Positions 62,922 to 64,000 of a stretch of 64,000 nt of DNA are shown one piece after another; within the stretch, counting starts at the first letter, position 1, and the number at the start of each line of letters is the position of its first letter. This DNA is from Schaedlerella sp. GTDB taxonomy: Bacteria; Bacillota; Clostridia; Lachnospirales; Lachnospiraceae. Location of the stretch: positions 33,262 to 97,261 of the forward strand of contig DAVZKO010000001.1 in assembly GCA_052272205.1 (NCBI GenBank), read 5' to 3'. The position numbers and the translations under genes are program-made. The notes below the pieces were generated by a model that was not told the origin of the DNA, searched no databases, and saw only the letters and a list, made by a program, of their open reading frames with translations.

Positions 62922-64000
62922 ATGAAAACCGAAAAAATATGTATATACACTTGTATAACTGGAGATTATGACAATCTTCATGATGTGGAAAAAGATGAAG
63001 ATATTGATTATATATGTTTTACAAATAACCATACGTTAAAGTCAGATTGCTGGCAGTTTGTCTATATTCAAGATGAAGAGAATATAGGTGATATGTTATT
63101 ATCAAGAAAAATTAAAATATTGGGCCATCCGCTTTTGGAAAAATACGATATAAGTATATGGGTAGATGGAGCTCTCCAGGTAAAGAAAGATATACGTAAA
63201 CTACTTACGACATTTTGTGATTTGGAAAATTACTCAATGGCATGTTTTCGTCATAGATTACGTAATTGTGTTTATCAAGAAGCAACGGCATGTGTTATTC
63301 ATAGAAAAGCAAATAGGGAAGAGATTATTCAATATTTGGACTTTATAAAAAAAGAGCAGTTTCCGGAGGATTATGGATTAGCGGAATGTACGGTTTTGAT
63401 ACGAAGAGAAAATCAACAAGATGTAAAAGATACGATGCATCTTTGGTATGATTTACTTTGTAAATATGTGAAAAGAGACCAGTTATCATTTCCGTACAGT
63501 ATATGGAAAACAGGATTAAAGATTTGTTGGATTGATTTAAACGTATTTGATAATCCGTGGTTTTTCTGGTATGCACATAAACAGAAGACAGAGAAGAAAA
63601 CTGCAAGGATATTTTTCGGAAATTATCAAAACGTGTATACAGATGTATATGTAGAGAAGAAAATGGAGTTGGATGGAAATATCTGCAAGATTAAATTTGT
63701 ATTTCCTAGAGACTACTCGAAGATATCAATCAATATTGGGCAACATTTTGGTAAAGTAATTACTTCATTGAAAACATCCATTCCAGTAAAAAGGATATCA
63801 GCATTTCCTGGGATTTCACATTCAGGTTATACAGTTTTTGATTATGATGATATGGTTCTTTATTTTGAAGGAAAATTCCAAAAAAATCAAAAATTCGAGG
63901 TATCATTTGATATACGGAAGTTTGGGGAGACTAAGATACAAGAAGTGTTGGAAGGAATTGTAAGTGAATACTATTATGATAAGATAATTCGAGATAATAT
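62922..64000 (+). CDS. DUF616-type glycosyltransferase-like protein, 3' end outside window
   Basis: ATG at 62922 follows GAGAGGAAAGAG and the frame stays open to the window edge. The N-terminus MKTEKICIYTCITGDYDNLHD...ICFTN is characteristic of the DUF616 (TOD1/MUCI70-like) family. It is not in the ORF track because no stop lies in the window. Confidence 0.6.
   Translation, partial: MKTEKICIYTCITGDYDNLHDVEKDEDIDYICFTNNHTLKSDCWQFVYIQDEENIGDMLLSRKIKILGHPLLEKYDISIWVDGALQVKKDIRKLLTTFCDLENYSMACFRHRLRNCVYQEATACVIHRKANREEIIQYLDFIKKEQFPEDYGLAECTVLIRRENQQDVKDTMHLWYDLLCKYVKRDQLSFPYSIWKTGLKICWIDLNVFDNPWFFWYAHKQKTEKKTARIFFGNYQNVYTDVYVEKKMELDGNICKIKFVFPRDYSKISINIGQHFGKVITSLKTSIPVKRISAFPGISHSGYTVFDYDDMVLYFEGKFQKNQKFEVSFDIRKFGETKIQEVLEGIVSEYYYDKIIRDN

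Noticed and set aside
38000-64000. Prophage, integrative element or transposon as the origin of the A/T-rich island.
   Set aside because: No integrase, recombinase, transposase, phage structural gene, flanking tRNA or obvious direct repeat is visible. The gene content is coherent with a chromosomal surface-polysaccharide locus.

Overview
This window is a chromosomal segment from a spore-forming Firmicute. Gene content and synteny look like Clostridia, possibly Lachnospiraceae, but the taxon cannot be proven from sequence alone. All confident genes but one lie on the + strand.

Positions 1-38 kb are housekeeping. They carry aconitase, an ECF sigma factor with a membrane beta-propeller partner, and a truncated sigma-70-like protein. 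They also carry tatD, rsmA, citrate synthase, a lipase-like hydrolase, an OmpR/histidine-kinase pair, a secreted nuclease, asnS and cca. The conserved block cotS-hup-yabO-yabP-yabQ-divIC-spoIIE-tilS-hpt-ftsH follows, then a GH13 amylase, metG and nadB-nadC-niaR.

Positions 38-64 kb are visibly more A/T-rich and form a cell-envelope glycopolymer island. It holds an LtaS/GacH-like transferase and two large secreted enzymes anchored by ChW repeats (GH73 glucosaminidase, transglutaminase-like protease). It also holds a Wzx-like flippase (the only minus-strand gene), a dlt-like aminoacyl-esterification set split by inserted genes, and a GacI/GacJ-like GT2 plus DUF2304 pair. A TagG/TagH-like ABC exporter, two tandem ~725-aa dual glycosyltransferases, a DUF2142 membrane protein and a DUF616 glycosyltransferase complete it.

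I recognised no rRNA, tRNA, CRISPR array, transposase or integrase.

The most unusual items are:
- a tandem pair of ~200-nt intergenic modules at 10.5-11.0 kb with a fully covarying hairpin (candidate duplicated sRNA);
- a sigma-A-like protein lacking region 4 and the promoter-melting residues;
- a SpoIIE lacking its membrane domain;
- the split dlt-like operon embedded with ChW-repeat enzymes.

All functional calls rest on motif recognition by eye. No database search was run.
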